Virus record (IMG/VR): IMGVR_UViG_3300009448_000012 | Location: 1-64,000 of that record | Origin: a virus | Direction: 5' to 3' (one strand) | DNA length: 64,000 nt | Translations under genes and position numbers: made by a program | The notes under the pieces: generated by a model | The model's database searches: none | Told to the model about the DNA's origin: nothing | The model's input: the letters and a program-made list of their open reading frames with translations, nothing else | In this document: in pieces, positions 61,741 to 64,000 of the stretch | Layout of the letters: each line of letters begins with the position of its first letter | Position numbering within the stretch: the stretch's first letter is position 1

Positions 61741-62874
61741 TTATGATCCTGACTTCATTGCAGCTTTGAACAGTTTCGCGATTGCGGATTGTGTCGCGGG
61801 AACCAGCTTCCGCCCTGCTGGGTCCCGTTTTACGACCATAGGGTCATTCGTAATTCGGACGTCGGCACCTTCCCTTTCCATTTCCGCCGGCGTCTTGGGG
61901 ACTTGCTTATAAGGGTCGACACCGGTCAGCATGCCGACGATATCCATCGGAAGCGCGAATTCGCGGTCCTTGGTCCGCTGCTCGAACATCCATCCGGGAA
62001 TAAACTCGCCGCGCAGCATGCGCCCTTCGACCTCGGCGGCGACGCCGGACTTGCGCGCCTTGATCAGGGCGCCGGCGATCTCCAGGAACGAGGCTTCGGC
62101 GCCGAGCGCGGCCGCGCTCATTGCTTCCATGCGGCCGCCGCGTATGCCTTCGAAGATGGTGTAAATCGAGGTCGTCAGCGCCTCGCACCGCGCGCGGCCG
62201 CCGCACTGTGTACACCAGGGACCGACTCGACCTTGGGGATCGCCGGCGAGCGCGGCAAAGGCTTTGCTCGCAAGCCAATTATACCACGTCGTCAGCTCCG
62301 GTTCATCGACCCGCCAGTCGCGAATCTTCCCGTCCGGATGGTGCGGGCGCGGCTGATAGATCGTCATGATCACATCGTCGTGCTTTTCCGGGTCGAAGGT
62401 CGCGAGCGCTTCGCAGATCAGTTGCGGATTGCCCGTGACCTCGATCGGCAACCAGCCGTATTTCAGTTCGACGATATGCAGGGTGGACGAATTCGCGATC
62501 ACCATGCTGTCCAGTCGTCCATTGATGGACAAATGCGGAATGCTTACCTTGACTTGCGTGTGGACTACCTCGCCGAGCGACTGGCAGTAATCGACATATC
62601 CCTGGACGTGCTGGACCATGTCGGCGGTCACGATCCAGCCGTTCGGCGCGGTCTCGCCGAAGAACTCGCCGGCGCTGACCGCGTCACCGCGCAGCACGCC
62701 GTTCGCGACCCAATCGGCCGCCTGACCTTCTCGCCGGGCGTCGGTGTCGTTCGGGTCGTCGTCGATCGGCGGCGGCAAACCGTCGAGCGCGCCGGCGGGT
62801 CCTCGGCGGGACAGTTGCGCGGTCAGCGCGCAGTTCGTCCATAAATGGGCGGTCGAAGGTGTCAACATTTCCAA
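61741..62874 (-). CDS. Cas4-like PD-(D/E)XK nuclease (DUF2800-like)
   Basis: PS.AHLW.NC, G.LD, ELKYG, NPQL, IYQPR, WCTQC.....C. Confidence 0.85.
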   Translation of the reverse strand: MEMLTPSTAHLWTNCALTAQLSRRGPAGALDGLPPPIDDDPNDTDARREGQAADWVANGVLRGDAVSAGEFFGETAPNGWIVTADMVQHVQGYVDYCQSLGEVVHTQVKVSIPHLSINGRLDSMVIANSSTLHIVELKYGWLPIEVTGNPQLICEALATFDPEKHDDVIMTIYQPRPHHPDGKIRDWRVDEPELTTWYNWLASKAFAALAGDPQGRVGPWCTQCGGRARCEALTTSIYTIFEGIRGGRMEAMSAAALGAEASFLEIAGALIKARKSGVAAEVEGRMLRGEFIPGWMFEQRTKDREFALPMDIVGMLTGVDPYKQVPKTPAEMEREGADVRITNDPMVVKRDPAGRKLVPATQSAIAKLFKAAMKSGS

Positions 62875-63968
62875 AATCCCCGCGCGTCGTTCGGCATGCC
62901 GTGGCGTAACAGCGCCTCGACGTCGTCCAGGGCGGCGCGATAGCCGCCGTCATATCCTTCACCCGCCAGCCCGCGCCCATAGACGCCTTGGGACTGCTCG
63001 GCGATCCGCTGGTCGATCTTGCGGCGCGCCGAGACCAGTCGCTTCAGGAATTGGGCGCGGGTCAGGGCCGGCATGTCAGACCGGCCGGCGCGGCTTGGTC
63101 GCCCAATTCCGGCGAACGTACATATCGACCGTTTCCAGGGCGACGCCGCCGACCTGATCGAGTAGGGACCCGACGCTGACCTTGTGATTATCCGGATTTT
63201 TCATCAGGCTTGTCATGATCAGCGCGCGAAGACCGATCCAGAATTCCGCGTCCGCCTCGAACCGCATGTCGGGCGCCGGCGGCGGCGGGGCGAAGGGTGC
63301 GGTCGGCGGCTTCGGCAGGGGTGGCGGGGTGATGGGCTTCGGACCCTGTGACCGGGCGTCAAGCGCTCGCTCGGCGCCGGGCGGCATGGGCACAGGGAAC
63401 AGCTTTTCGGTACCGAGATACGTCTTGCCCTTGTGCTGCTCGACCATCAGGCGGGAATGCTGACCGCATCCTTCGCACTCATAGACCACGCTGACCGCGT
63501 CGCGGCGCGTTGACGGGTTCTCATGGATGCGCGGGTTCGGGAAGGTCAGGCGCGGTCGATCATAGGCGCGGTGACTGTAGGTCGGACTGTCCTCGCCGGC
63601 GGGGCGGGCGTGGATGTCGACGGCCGTGTGATGCACGAACGTGTTGCGGCAATGGGCGCAAATCAGCGCATGCGAGGCGTCGCCGTCGTGGTCGATGATA
63701 ATGCTCATTTGATCCAGCCTCGTTCGCGAAGACCTTCGACGATCTCGATCGTGATGTTTTCGCAGTGTTTTGACATCTTGACGGTGTCTAGCGTGTCAAG
63801 AGTCCCGGCTTTCTCGCGTGCTTTCAAGATTGCTTGCGAGAACGTATGAGGCATGTTGCGCCGGATCATTTCAATGTCCGCAACCATTTCTTGCGGTACG
63901 GTGCGAGCCGCCTTCAAGCGCGCGATTGCTTCACGTTGTTCTTTCGAATGCGGTGCAGGTTTGTTCAT
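62862..63968 (-). CDS. Three hypothetical genes (62862-63074, 63076-63708 with zinc ribbon, 63705-63968)
   Basis: CAHC..CEGC in 63076-63708; tightly packed. Confidence 0.6.
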
Positions 63969-64000
63969 GCTTCCGTTTTCGATAGCAATCGCAGCAAGGG

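Noticed and set aside
61741-62874. CRISPR-associated cas4
   Set aside because: It is a stand-alone DUF2800-like nuclease beside an SSB, a common phage replication arrangement.
1-64000. Integrase/lysogeny module, tRNA genes, reverse transcriptase or DGR
   Set aside because: No recognisable recombinase or RT motifs, cloverleaf, or template/variable repeat pair was seen.

Overview
The window reads as most of a GC-rich siphovirus genome, probably starting near the left end. The host is likely an Alphaproteobacterium of the Hyphomicrobiales/Rhizobiales, inferred from an Omp25/RopB-like gene and a CTATAT-type promoter. The + strand arm (1-31.4 kb) carries terminase, portal, ClpP-type protease, HK97 capsid, neck, tail and lysis genes. 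An ~8 kb block of glycosyltransferase-like and methyltransferase genes is inserted between the head and neck genes. The - strand arm (31.6-64 kb) carries an outer-membrane beta-barrel gene, many small early genes, a UvrD helicase, a family-B DNA polymerase, an SSB, a Cas4-like nuclease and an AT-rich repeat region that may be the origin. No integrase, tRNA or CRISPR array was seen. The most notable signals are: (1) the glycan-building cluster, whose first enzyme appears reachable only by a -1 frameshift from a Pro-rich protein; (2) a strand-polarised 12-mer, CCCTGTGACCAT, found genome-wide inside genes in different frames; (3) an array of early genes each led by a hairpin-plus-RBS cassette, some with an operator-bearing promoter; (4) an expanded family of small AP2/Arm-like domains. 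All family assignments come from motif recognition by eye, not database searches.
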